Below are positions 1 through 9,188 of a stretch of DNA of 64,000 nucleotides, piece by piece. The DNA comes from an uncultured Acidimicrobiia bacterium. Lineage in GTDB: Bacteria; Actinomycetota; Acidimicrobiia; Acidimicrobiales; AC-14. The DNA is taken from positions 220,718-284,717 of the forward strand of contig CAWIIV010000024.1 in NCBI GenBank assembly GCA_963836205.1, read 5' to 3'. Every line of letters begins with the position of its first letter. Position 1 is the stretch's first letter. The translations under genes and the position numbers were made by a program. Under the pieces are notes generated by a model. The model worked only from the letters and a program-made list of their open reading frames with translations. It did not search any database and was not told where the DNA came from.

Positions 1-728
1 GAGGCGACGACGACGATGATCAGCGCTGCAACGAGCGGGATCATGAGGAACACGGCGGGGATCAGTAGCAGGACCGGGAGGATCAGGGGGAGGAGCGAGC
101 GGACGCGCTCGCGTCTCGACGCCTCGACCATCGGGAATCGGGTGCTGAAGCGGTTGGCGATGGCGACCACCGCCATCCCGTGGGCGATGGCGGCCAGGCC
201 GAACGTGAGCGCCGCCAGCCATCCCGGCCCGACGATGTCGAAGTCGGGGTTGCCCGGACGCAGGGGGTCGATTCTCGTGGCCGCAACCACCAGATGCAGC
301 GCGCCGAAGGCGAGTCCACCGAGCCGGCCGCTCGGCAGCCACCGCCGGCAGGTGACATAGATGGCGCCGCTGAGCAGACCGGGGAGTACGCCACCGAAGA
401 GATACAGGCCGATCGTGCCGTCGATGCTGATCTCCCCGACGACCTCCTCCGCCTCGGTGATCGCGCCCTGGGCGCCGTCGCCCGCACTGGCGGCCAGCAG
501 CCGCATGATCAGGCGGACCGCAGGGCCGGTCACGAGGGCACCGGCCCAGAAGCCGCCGACGAGCGCGACGGCCACGCCCCGGAGGTAGCTGAGGGCGGCC
601 ACTTTGGGGGACGGGTTGGCGTCCGAGTCGGGGTCGGGCACCCAGGGCCGGTAAGGCGTCGCGCCCCAACGGAGCGTCAGCGTGATCCCGACGAGCAGGA
701 GGACGCCCAGGATCACCATCAGGATCAC
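1..728 (-). CDS. Hypothetical multi-pass membrane protein (runs off window start)
   Basis: Manually translated open frame MILMVILGVLLLVGITLTLRWG...LVGGFWAGALVTGPAVRLIMRLLA...; several hydrophobic segments; start codon uncertain. Confidence 0.6.
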   Translation of the reverse strand, partial: MILMVILGVLLLVGITLTLRWGATPYRPWVPDPDSDANPSPKVAALSYLRGVAVALVGGFWAGALVTGPAVRLIMRLLAASAGDGAQGAITEAEEVVGEISIDGTIGLYLFGGVLPGLLSGAIYVTCRRWLPSGRLGGLAFGALHLVVAATRIDPLRPGNPDFDIVGPGWLAALTFGLAAIAHGMAVVAIANRFSTRFPMVEASRRERVRSLLPLILPVLLLIPAVFLMIPLVAALIIVVVA

Positions 729-758
729 GGGGCCATCATGCACCCGCCGGGAGTTGGA

Positions 759-1643
759 TCAGTCGGGCGACGCCCCGGCCGACTTCACCGCGTGGCCGCC
801 GAAGCCGTGGCGGAGGAGGGCCAGCACCTTCATGGCGGGGGAGTCGTCCTGGCGGGACGTGAACCGGGCGAAGAGCGACGCCGACAGGACGTTCGCCGGC
901 ACGCCCAGCCGGACCGCCTCCTCGACCGTCCACCGGCCCTCGCCAGAGTCCTCCACGTAGGGCCTGATCCGCTCCAGCTTCGGGTCGTCGGTCAGGCCGA
1001 CCGCGAGCAGCTCGAGCAGCCAGCTGCGGATGACGCTGCCGAATCCCCAGGCCTGGACGACCGCCGTGGTGTTGATCCCGAGCTCGCTCGCCCCCAGCAG
1101 CTCGAACCCCTCGGCGTAGGCCTGCATCATCCCGTACTCGATCCCGTTGTGGACCATCTTGGTGAAGTGGCCGGCGCCCACCGGCCCGCAGTGCACGAAC
1201 CCCCCCTCGGGGGCGAGGGCGTCGAAGATCGGCTGCATGACGGCCACCTTCTCCGCCTCACCGCCGACCATCAGGCAGAAGCCCTCCTCGAGGCCCCAGA
1301 TGCCGCCGCTCACGCCGGCGTCGACGAAGAACAGGCCTCGGTCGGCCAGCAGCTGCCCCCGGCGCATGGAGTCGTGGTAGTTGGAGTTGCCACCGTCGAT
1401 CACCAGGTCTCCGGGCTCCAGCAGATCGGCCAGCTCGGCGATCGTCCCCTCGGTCGGGGCACCGGCCGGCACCATCACCCACACCGCCCGGGGCGCGGGC
1501 AGGGCGGCGATCAGGTCGGCGACCGAGGCCGCGTCGCGGTGCTCGGGCGAGAAGTCGAAGCCGACCACGTCGTGGCCCCGCCCTCGGAGCCGCTGTGTCA
1601 TCCCCCAGCCCATCCGCCCCAACCCGACCATGCCCAGCTTCAT
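759..1643 (-). CDS. gnd: 6-phosphogluconate dehydrogenase, decarboxylating (short form)
   Basis: GLGRMG Rossmann motif, IDGGNS, DAGVSGG, GHFTKMVHNGIEYG, DSGEGRW, FGGH. Confidence 0.95.
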   Translation of the reverse strand: MKLGMVGLGRMGWGMTQRLRGRGHDVVGFDFSPEHRDAASVADLIAALPAPRAVWVMVPAGAPTEGTIAELADLLEPGDLVIDGGNSNYHDSMRRGQLLADRGLFFVDAGVSGGIWGLEEGFCLMVGGEAEKVAVMQPIFDALAPEGGFVHCGPVGAGHFTKMVHNGIEYGMMQAYAEGFELLGASELGINTTAVVQAWGFGSVIRSWLLELLAVGLTDDPKLERIRPYVEDSGEGRWTVEEAVRLGVPANVLSASLFARFTSRQDDSPAMKVLALLRHGFGGHAVKSAGASPD

Positions 1644-1710
1644 GGGCCGCCCTCCGCGCTCGATGACTGCGACGAGGCTACGTCCGCGCTACCCGGGCTC
1701 CGGGCCCGAC

Positions 1711-2370
1711 TCAGACCTTGGCGACGAACAGCTGGCTGGCGAGGGCGGGGCCGAGGGCGATGCTGCCGCTCTCGAGGGTGAGGGTGAGGGTGCCGTCGGG
1801 GGCCTTGGACCGGACCTCGGCGCCGGTGCCGGGCACGAAGCCGTGGTCGTCGAGGTAGACGAGGGCGTCCATGTCGACCTCGACCTGCTCGGTGACCCGC
1901 TCCAGCCGGATGCGGTCGCCCGGCTCCGAGTCGGCCAGGGCCGACAGCTGCCGCAGCGGACCGCCCGCGCCCGGGATGGGATTGCCGTGGGGACACGTGG
2001 CGGGGTTGCCCAGCAACTCCACCAGGCGCTCCTCGACCTCGTCGGAGATGACGTGCTCCCACCGGCACGCCTCCTCGTGGGTCTTGTGCCAGGGGATGCC
2101 GATCACGTCGGTGAGCAGGCGCTCGGCCAGCCGGTGCTTGCGGACCACGCTCACCGCCCGGGTGCGGCCCTTGTCGGTGAGGCTGAGCGACCGCCCGTCG
2201 AGGGCCACGTAGCCGTCGGTGCGCAGCCGGCGCACCATTTCCGACACCGAAGGAGCCGAGTGGCCGAGGTGTTCGGCGAGGCGGGCCTGGATGACCTGGA
2301 CGCCTTCTTCCTCCAACTCCCAGATCGCCTCCAGGTACTCCTCGAGGGGGGGGTGGAAGCCGTCGGCCAT
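1711..2370 (-). CDS. DtxR/IdeR/MntR-family metal-dependent regulator with FeoA-like C-terminal domain
   Basis: EEYLEAI, SAPSVSEMVRRL HTH, RKHRLAERLL, HEEACRWEH, CPHGNPIPG. Confidence 0.93.
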   Translation of the reverse strand: MADGFHPPLEEYLEAIWELEEEGVQVIQARLAEHLGHSAPSVSEMVRRLRTDGYVALDGRSLSLTDKGRTRAVSVVRKHRLAERLLTDVIGIPWHKTHEEACRWEHVISDEVEERLVELLGNPATCPHGNPIPGAGGPLRQLSALADSEPGDRIRLERVTEQVEVDMDALVYLDDHGFVPGTGAEVRSKAPDGTLTLTLESGSIALGPALASQLFVAKV

Positions 2371-2418
2371 GGCCGGTCATCGTAGTCCCCGGGGCCGGCG
2401 AACGGGCCGACTCGACCG

Positions 2419-2934
2419 TCAGGTGTGTTGTTCGGCCGCGGCCCGGGCGAAGTGGAGGAAGTCGGCGACGGTCACCGATGTGAGCACGGCGGCCGTCATC
2501 CGGGTGCCCCGGGGGGCGAGGACGAGCCCGAACGTGAACGCCGTCGCCAGCCACTGGCTGATGCAGAAGGGGCAGGTCACAAGCTCGCCGATGGCCTTGC
2601 GGGCGCCCGTCCCCCGCACCTTCTCCTTGAGCTCGGCGGGGCCGGTGGTGGTGCCCTCGAACCGGGTGAACGGCGCCCGCAGGGGACTGGTGACGGGCGA
2701 CTTGGCGATGAGCCGGCTCAGGCGGTGGGTGGCCACCGACACCAGGGCCACGTCCGACCACGCCGGGCGCTCCGGCAGGCCCCGCCGGCCGACCGCCACC
2801 GCCCCCGCGGCCACGAAGGCGCCGTAGACGGCCAGCAGCCCGGCGAAGGACTCCATGGGCAGGTCGGCATCGCCCCGGTAGGCGTCCACCTCCCGGCTGA
2901 CGCGCTCCGTGGTGTGGCGGAGGGTGTCGGTCAT
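2419..2934 (-). CDS. DUF1360-family membrane protein
   Basis: HRLSRLIAK-VTSPLRAPFTRF and GELVTCPFC motifs. Confidence 0.75.
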   Translation of the reverse strand: MTDTLRHTTERVSREVDAYRGDADLPMESFAGLLAVYGAFVAAGAVAVGRRGLPERPAWSDVALVSVATHRLSRLIAKSPVTSPLRAPFTRFEGTTTGPAELKEKVRGTGARKAIGELVTCPFCISQWLATAFTFGLVLAPRGTRMTAAVLTSVTVADFLHFARAAAEQHT

Positions 2935-2974
2935 GGCTGAGGACTACCCACGCCGGCGGTCGTAGCATCCGGGG

Positions 2975-5633
2975 ATCGCCAAGATCCTCCTCCTCGACGG
3001 CAATTCCATGGCCTACCGGGCCTTCTTCGCCCTTCCCACCGACCTGGCCACCGCCTCCGGGCAGGTCACCAACGCGGTCTACGGGTTCACGTCGATGCTC
3101 ATCAACCTGTTCAAGGACCACCACCCCGACGCCATCGCGGTCTCGTTCGACCGTCCCGAGCGCACGTTCCGCCACGACCTGGTCGACGACTACAAGGCGG
3201 GACGGGCCGCCGCCCCCGACATCCTCCGCCAGCAGATGGGCCTCGTCCGCCAGGTGGTCGAGACCCTGAAGATCCCCATCGTCGACGCCGCCGGCTACGA
3301 GGCCGACGACGTGATCGCCACCCTCGCCACCCAGGCCCGCGACCGGGGCGACGACGTGATCGTGGTCACCGGCGACCGCGACGCCTACCAGCTGGTCGAG
3401 GACCCCCACGTCAAGGTCCTCTACAACCGGCGGGGCGTGAGCGACTATGTCCTCTACGACGAGGCGGGCATCCTCGAGCGCACCGGGGTGACGCCACCGA
3501 TGTACCCGCAGTACGCCGCTCTCCGGGGGGACCCGTCCGACAACCTCCCGGGCGTGCCGGGAGTGGGGGAGAAGACGGCGGCCAAGCTGCTCAACACCTA
3601 CGGCGACCTCGACGGGGTGTTCGCCAACGTCGACAAGTGCACGCCCAAGCTGCGGGAGAGCCTCATCGCCCACGAGCCGGTGGTGCGGCGCAACGCCACC
3701 GCCACGCCCCTGGTGCGCGACGTCCCCCTCGAGGCCGACGTCAGCGACCTGCGCATGGGCCCGTTCGACGCCACCGCGGTGCGCGACCTGTTCAACTTCC
3801 TCGAGTTCAACACCCTCCACCCCCGGCTGATGGAGGCCATCGGGACGGCGGAAGCGGTGACGGCGGCGGCCGCGGCCCAGGCCGAGGTCCGGCCGCTGGC
3901 GGTCGACGTGGCCCGGGCGGCGACGGTCGACGAGGCGGTGGCCGCGCTGCTGGCTCCCGGTCCGGTGAGCGTGGCCGCCTCGTGGAGCGGGATCGAGGGT
4001 CGGAGCCGGCCCGAGGGACTGGCGGTGGCTGCGGATGGGAGCGAGGCGGAGGCCGTCTGGATCCCGTACGACCTGCTGGCCTCGCCGCCGGTCGCGGCCG
4101 TCCTGGCCGACGTGCCCTTCCGGGCCCACAACGCCAAGGCCCTCCTCCGGGGCCTCGGACTCGACCTGCGCGGCCTCGACATCGACACCGCCATCGCCGC
4201 CTACCTCATCGAACCAGCCGAGTCGCAGTACCTCCTCGACGACCTGGCCGCCAGGTTCCTGGGCCTCGAGGTCCGCGCACCCGACGCCCCACCCGCGGGC
4301 CAACTCGACCTGTCCGGCACCACGCCCGACCCGGCCGAGGAGGCGGGCCGGCGGGCAGTGGCGGTGGGCCTGCTGGTGCCGGCGCTGGCCGCGTCGATGG
4401 ACGCCCGGGGCCTGCGGCGGCTGTACGACGAGGTCGAGCGGCCGCTGGTGCGGGTGCTGGCCCGGATGGAGGCGGCCGGTGTACGGGTCGACGTGGAGTT
4501 GCTGCGGTCGATCTACGACGGCCTGGTGGCCGAGGGCGCCCGCCTCGAGGAGGAGATCCAGGAGCTGGCCGGCGAGCGCTTCCTGGTCAACTCCACGTTG
4601 CAGCTGCGCCGGGTCCTGTTCGATCGGCTCGGGCTCCAGCCGCAGAAGAAGACCAAGACCGGCTTCTCCACCGACGCCGCGTCCCTGGAGAAGCTGCGGG
4701 GCCTGCACCCGATCATCGAGCCGCTGCTCCGGTACCGCGAGGTCGAGAAGCTGCGGTCGACCTACGGCGAGTCGTTGCTGGCCGAGGTCGGCCCCGACGG
4801 ACGCATCCACGCCACGTTCAACCAGACGGTGGCCCGCACCGGCCGCCTGAGCTCCGACCGGCCCAACCTCCACAACATCCCCATCCGCACCGACGAGGGC
4901 CGCCGCATCCGCCAGGCCTTCCTGCCGGCCGTAGGGGTGCCGGTTCCTCGTGGCCGACTACAACCAGATCGAGCTGCGGGTGATCGCCCACCTGGCCCAG
5001 GACCCGGGGCTGATCGAGGCCTTCGCCACCGGCCAGGACATCCACAAGGCCACCGCCGCCCGCCTGTTCTCGGTCGACCCCGACGCGGTCACGGTCGGCC
5101 AGCGGTCGAAGGCCAAGATGGTCTCCTACGGGCTGGCCTACGGGATGGAGTCCTACGGGCTGGGCCAACGGCTGGGCATCCCCACCGAGGAGGCGGCCTT
5201 GATCCTCGGCGCCTACTTCGAGGCCTTCCCGAGCGTGCGGGCCTACATGGAGCGGACGGTGGTGGAGGCGCGCGACCGGGGCTACACGGAGACGCTGTTC
5301 GGGCGGCGGCGGCAGATCCCCGAGCTGCAGTCGCAGAACTACCGCCTGCGCCAGGCGGGCGAGCGCCAGGCCATGAACGCCGGCATCCAGGGCCTGGCCG
5401 CCGACATCTTCAAGGTCGCCCTGGTCCGCCTCGACCGGGCCCTGGAAGACCTCGGCCTGGCCGCCCGGCTGGTCCTCCAGGTCCACGACGAGGTCATCCT
5501 CGAAGTCCCTCCATCCGAGGAGGACGGGGCCGCCGCCGTCACCCTCGAGGCCATGCGGGGCGCGGCCGAGCTGAGCGTCCCCCTGGAGGTCAACCTCGCC
5601 TGGGGCGACTCCTGGGCCACCGCCAAGGGCTAA
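2975..5633 (+). CDS. polA: DNA polymerase I (one frameshift near 4935, probably a sequencing error)
   Basis: KILLLDGNSMAYRAFFALP 5'-3' exonuclease start, GDPSDNLPGVPGVGEKTA, TGRLSS; ADYNQIELR and QVHDE in the second frame; removing one G from the run at 4934-4937 joins the frames. Confidence 0.95.
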
Positions 5634-5661
5634 TCTCCTTCCCTTCTCTTCCCCCTGGATG

Positions 5662-6627
5662 TTTCGTGCGCCCGTAGCGGGGTGAAACGGCCTTGTCTTG
5701 CCGGTTCCACCCCTCTACGGCCGCAGCAAACCGGGAGGGTTGGGGATGCGAAGGCTGTTCACGACCGAGGAAGCCAGAGCCGCGGGACTGACGTCGGATG
5801 CATTGCGCTGGGGCGAGGCCACCGGACGCTGGCGGCGGCTCCGTCGGGGCGTGTACGGCATGGGGCCCGACGACCCGACGGCGTTCGACCTCGAGCTGGC
5901 CGAGGTACTGGCGAGGAGAGCGGTGGCGTCGGGTGGAATCGCCGGTGTCCTCCTCGGCCTCGACAGCGTGGCCGCCGACGGGCACCCCGTCCGCCGCCGG
6001 CCGCTCTCCGCCGACGGGCTTGTGTTCATCGGTGGCATCCGCTGCACGAGCGGGTTGCAAACGCTGGTCGACCTCGCCGCCGTTGTCGATGACCTCGTCT
6101 GGGAGCAGGCGCTCGAATCGGCCCTGCGCAAGGGCCTCGTCTCGGTCGCCGACCTCGAACGTTCGCTGCCGGAACTCGGCCGGGCTCGGGTGCCGGGCGC
6201 AGCTCGCATCAGGCGGATCTTGGCGCTCCGCCCGCCGGGGGCGGCACCCACCGGAAGCCTGCTCGAGACCTTCATGGTCCAGCTGGCCAGAACCGTCCCT
6301 GGCCTGCCAGCCGCGGTTCGCCAGCTGCCGATCGGCCCGTTCCTGCTCGACTTGTCATGGCCGGAGGTCGGGGTCTTCGTCGAGCTCGACGGCCAACAGC
6401 ACCTCGGCCAGCCGGTCTACGACGCCCGGCGGGAGACGGCGATCGTCGCCGCCACGGGCTGGTTGTGCGGTCGCTTCACGTGGACCGAGGTTGTCCGGGT
6501 GCCGATCTCCACCGCCCGCCGGTTGGGTGAGATCGTCGACCAGGCTCGCCGCCGCCCGTTCCGTGCACCCGAGGCGGGGTGAACTGGGCCGCGCTCGACG
6601 GATCCACCCCGATTGGGGCGCACGAAA
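5662..6627. repeat. Imperfect inverted repeats (5662-5707 and 6581-6627) bracketing the DUF559-like gene
   Basis: TTTCGTGCGCCC..CGGGGTG..CCGGTTC upstream versus GAACTGG..CACCCCG..GGGCGCACGAAA downstream. Confidence 0.6.
5746..6582 (+). CDS. AbiEi-like N-terminus / DUF559 (Vsr-like PD-(D/E)xK) domain protein
   Basis: WRRLRRGVY N-terminal motif; C-terminal LDLSWP-VFVELDGQQH-D-RR-GW-RFTW. Confidence 0.7.
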   Translation: MRRLFTTEEARAAGLTSDALRWGEATGRWRRLRRGVYGMGPDDPTAFDLELAEVLARRAVASGGIAGVLLGLDSVAADGHPVRRRPLSADGLVFIGGIRCTSGLQTLVDLAAVVDDLVWEQALESALRKGLVSVADLERSLPELGRARVPGAARIRRILALRPPGAAPTGSLLETFMVQLARTVPGLPAAVRQLPIGPFLLDLSWPEVGVFVELDGQQHLGQPVYDARRETAIVAATGWLCGRFTWTEVVRVPISTARRLGEIVDQARRRPFRAPEAG

Positions 6628-6641
6628 ACGCTCGGACTCCC

Positions 6642-7577
6642 TCAGTCGACCGGGGGTGCGCCGCTCACCGCGGGGGCAGTCTCGCTCGACCGGATGACGA
6701 GGAACGTCCCGAGGGCGATGACGGCGGCGGCCGGCAAGGCCGCCGGTGGGGGGCTTTGGCCCAGGAACACGGCGGCCAGGACCGCCGCCCCGACGATCTC
6801 GAAGAGCAGCGCGACCGACACGATCGTGGGGCTTACCGTCCGCAAGACGAGGTTGAACACCGAGTGGCCCAGCAGTTGGGCCAGCAGGGCCAGCGCCGCC
6901 AGCCGGAGCCACGTGGTCGCGTCGTAGCCACCCAGCCGTTGTCCCGACACCACGCACACCGCCAGCAGGGCCAGGGCCGCCACCGGGTAGCAGACGGCGG
7001 TGTAGGCGGTGGTCGAAACCGTCTTGCGCACGTCCGCCCCCACCACCCGGTACGCCGCCGCCAGCGCGCCTCCCACCAGGGCCAGCCCGTCGCCGAACAA
7101 CGCCCGTCCCGACACCGTGACGTCGACCCCCGAGAGCATGAACGCGCCCGCGATCGCCAACCCGACGCCCAGCCACGCCTGGCCCGCCATGCGCTCGCCC
7201 CGCATCCGCAGGATCAACGCCGCCCACGCCGGCTGCATGGCCACCAGGGCCACGGCCGACGCCACCGTCGTCAACGTGACCGCGGGGATGAAGCAGGCGA
7301 AGTGGCCGGCCAGGAGCAGCCCGGCCAGCACCGACAACCGCCTCGAGGTCCGACCCATCCCGATCCGCAGGTCCGCCCGCCGGCCGGACCCTGCCAGCGC
7401 GAACGGCACCACCACGCCCGACGCCATCGCCATGCGCCAGAAGGCGATGGCCAGGGCGGGGGCGGCGGCCGACTTGATGAGCGGCGCCGCGGTCGACGTC
7501 CCCAAAACGCCCACGACCAGGAGCAACGCGCTCCCCGCGGGCGGGCGGCGCAGCGACGAGACGGGGGCCCGTTCCAC
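6642..7577 (-). CDS. DMT/EamA-family transporter
   Basis: About ten hydrophobic segments, IAFWRM, GDGLAL, LLGHSVFN; leaderless GTG 6 nt after TACCTT. Confidence 0.85.
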   Translation of the reverse strand: MERAPVSSLRRPPAGSALLLVVGVLGTSTAAPLIKSAAAPALAIAFWRMAMASGVVVPFALAGSGRRADLRIGMGRTSRRLSVLAGLLLAGHFACFIPAVTLTTVASAVALVAMQPAWAALILRMRGERMAGQAWLGVGLAIAGAFMLSGVDVTVSGRALFGDGLALVGGALAAAYRVVGADVRKTVSTTAYTAVCYPVAALALLAVCVVSGQRLGGYDATTWLRLAALALLAQLLGHSVFNLVLRTVSPTIVSVALLFEIVGAAVLAAVFLGQSPPPAALPAAAVIALGTFLVIRSSETAPAVSGAPPVD

Positions 7578-7704
7578 CCGACGAAGGTAGGTCGCCGAAG
7601 TCTTCCCGCCCGACGGGGGGTACCATGAATCAGCCGAGCCGTGCGCGCCCGGCGGCGCGTCCCGCGTCCTCGCCCAACTCCCCCACAAAGGCCCATCCAG
7701 ATCC

Positions 7705-9147
7705 ATGTCCGACCAGACCCCCGCCTCCGCGACCACGACAGACGCTCCCGCCGACGACGGAGGTGAATACGTCTTTCGGCAGATCGTCGGCGACGACGAC
7801 GGGATCTCCTTCGAGGATGCCATCGCCGGCACCATCGTCGAGTTCGACGACGGCGACATCGTCACCGGCACCGTCGTCAAGGTCGACAAGGACGAGGTCC
7901 TGCTCGACATCGGCTACAAGTCCGAAGGCGTCATCCCGGCCCGTGAGCTGTCCATCCGCCACGACGTCGACCCCGGCCAGATCGTCTCCCTCGGCGAGGA
8001 GATCGAGGCCCTCGTCCTCCAGAAGGAGGACAAGGAAGGCCGGCTGATCCTGTCCAAGAAGCGGGCCCAGTACGAGCGGGCCTGGGGCACGATCGAGCGC
8101 ATCAAGGAGCAGAACGGCGTCGTCACCGGCCCGGTCATCGAAGTGGTCAAGGGCGGCCTGATCCTCGACATCGGCCTGCGGGGCTTCCTCCCCGCCTCCC
8201 TGGTGGAGCTGCGGCGGGTGCGCGACCTGCTCCCGTACGTGGGCCGAACCCTCGAGGCCAAGATCATCGAGCTCGACAAGCACCGCAACAACGTGGTGCT
8301 GTCCCGGCGGGCGTGGCTGGAGGAGACGCAGAAGGAGCAGCGGGAGGAGTTCCTCGACAACCTCAAGCCGGGCGAGATCCGCAAGGGCGTGGTGTCGTCG
8401 GTCGTCAACTTCGGCGCCTTCGTCGACCTGGGCGGCATGGACGGGCTGGTCCACGTCTCCGAGCTCTCGTGGAAGCACGTCGACCACCCGGCGTCGGTCG
8501 TGGCCGTGGGCGACGAGATCGAGGTCCAGGTGCTCGAGGTCGACCTCGAGCGGGAGCGCATCAGCCTGTCGCTCAAGGCCACCCAGCAGGACCCGTGGCA
8601 GGAGTTCGCCAATAACCACCGGGTGGGCGAGCTGGTCTACGGCCGGGTCACCAAGCTGGTGCCCTTCGGCGCGTTCCTGCAGGTGGGCGAGGGTATCGAG
8701 GGCTTGGTCCACATCTCCGAGATGGCTGCCCATCACGTCGACCTGCCCGAGCAGGTGGTCACTCCCGGCGAGGAGCTCTGGGTCAAGATCATCGACCTCG
8801 ACCTCCAGCGCCGCCGCATCAGCCTGTCGATCAAGCAGGCGGCCGAGGGTGGCGTGGTCGCCGCCGAGTACCAGGAGGCGTTCGGCGAGCACGCCTACGA
8901 CGCCGAGGGCAATTACATCGGCGAGTACGCGGCCGTCGACTTCACGCCTGAGACCGAGGCCCAGGCGGCCTGGGCCGACTACGTCGTCGAGCTCGGGGCC
9001 GGTGAACCCGGGGCCGGTGAACCCGGGGCCGGTGAACCCGGGGCCGGTGAACCCGGGGCCGGTGAACCCGCCGCCGCGGACGCCGGAGCCGAAACCGCGG
9101 CCGGGCCCACCACCGCGCCGGCCGACCCCGACTCTCCCGCCTCCTAA
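7705..9147 (+). CDS. rpsA: 30S ribosomal protein S1
   Basis: Four S1 repeats (DIGYKSEG, VNFGAFVDLGG-DGLVHVSELSW, PFGAF-EGLVHISE). Confidence 0.97.
   Translation: MSDQTPASATTTDAPADDGGEYVFRQIVGDDDGISFEDAIAGTIVEFDDGDIVTGTVVKVDKDEVLLDIGYKSEGVIPARELSIRHDVDPGQIVSLGEEIEALVLQKEDKEGRLILSKKRAQYERAWGTIERIKEQNGVVTGPVIEVVKGGLILDIGLRGFLPASLVELRRVRDLLPYVGRTLEAKIIELDKHRNNVVLSRRAWLEETQKEQREEFLDNLKPGEIRKGVVSSVVNFGAFVDLGGMDGLVHVSELSWKHVDHPASVVAVGDEIEVQVLEVDLERERISLSLKATQQDPWQEFANNHRVGELVYGRVTKLVPFGAFLQVGEGIEGLVHISEMAAHHVDLPEQVVTPGEELWVKIIDLDLQRRRISLSIKQAAEGGVVAAEYQEAFGEHAYDAEGNYIGEYAAVDFTPETEAQAAWADYVVELGAGEPGAGEPGAGEPGAGEPGAGEPAAADAGAETAAGPTTAPADPDSPAS
8995..9069 (+). repeat. Perfect 15-bp tandem repeat x5 (GGGGCCGGTGAACCC) encoding (GAGEP)5 in the RpsA tail
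   Basis: Read directly from sequence. Confidence 0.95.
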
Positions 9148-9188
9148 TCGGCAACACAGGTCCCGGGGATGCCTCCGGGAGGGGGACG

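Noticed and set aside
1640-4873. Long antisense and alternate-frame ORFs (this 1077-aa ORF and many others)
   Set aside because: Shadow ORFs of high-GC coding sequence, Arg/Pro/Gly-rich, without family motifs.
4930-4945. polA frameshift as pseudogene or programmed frameshift
   Set aside because: One extra G in a homopolymer; similar single indels hit uvrB, Dabb, the DegT aminotransferase, the integrase and a PIN gene, which fits long-read consensus error.
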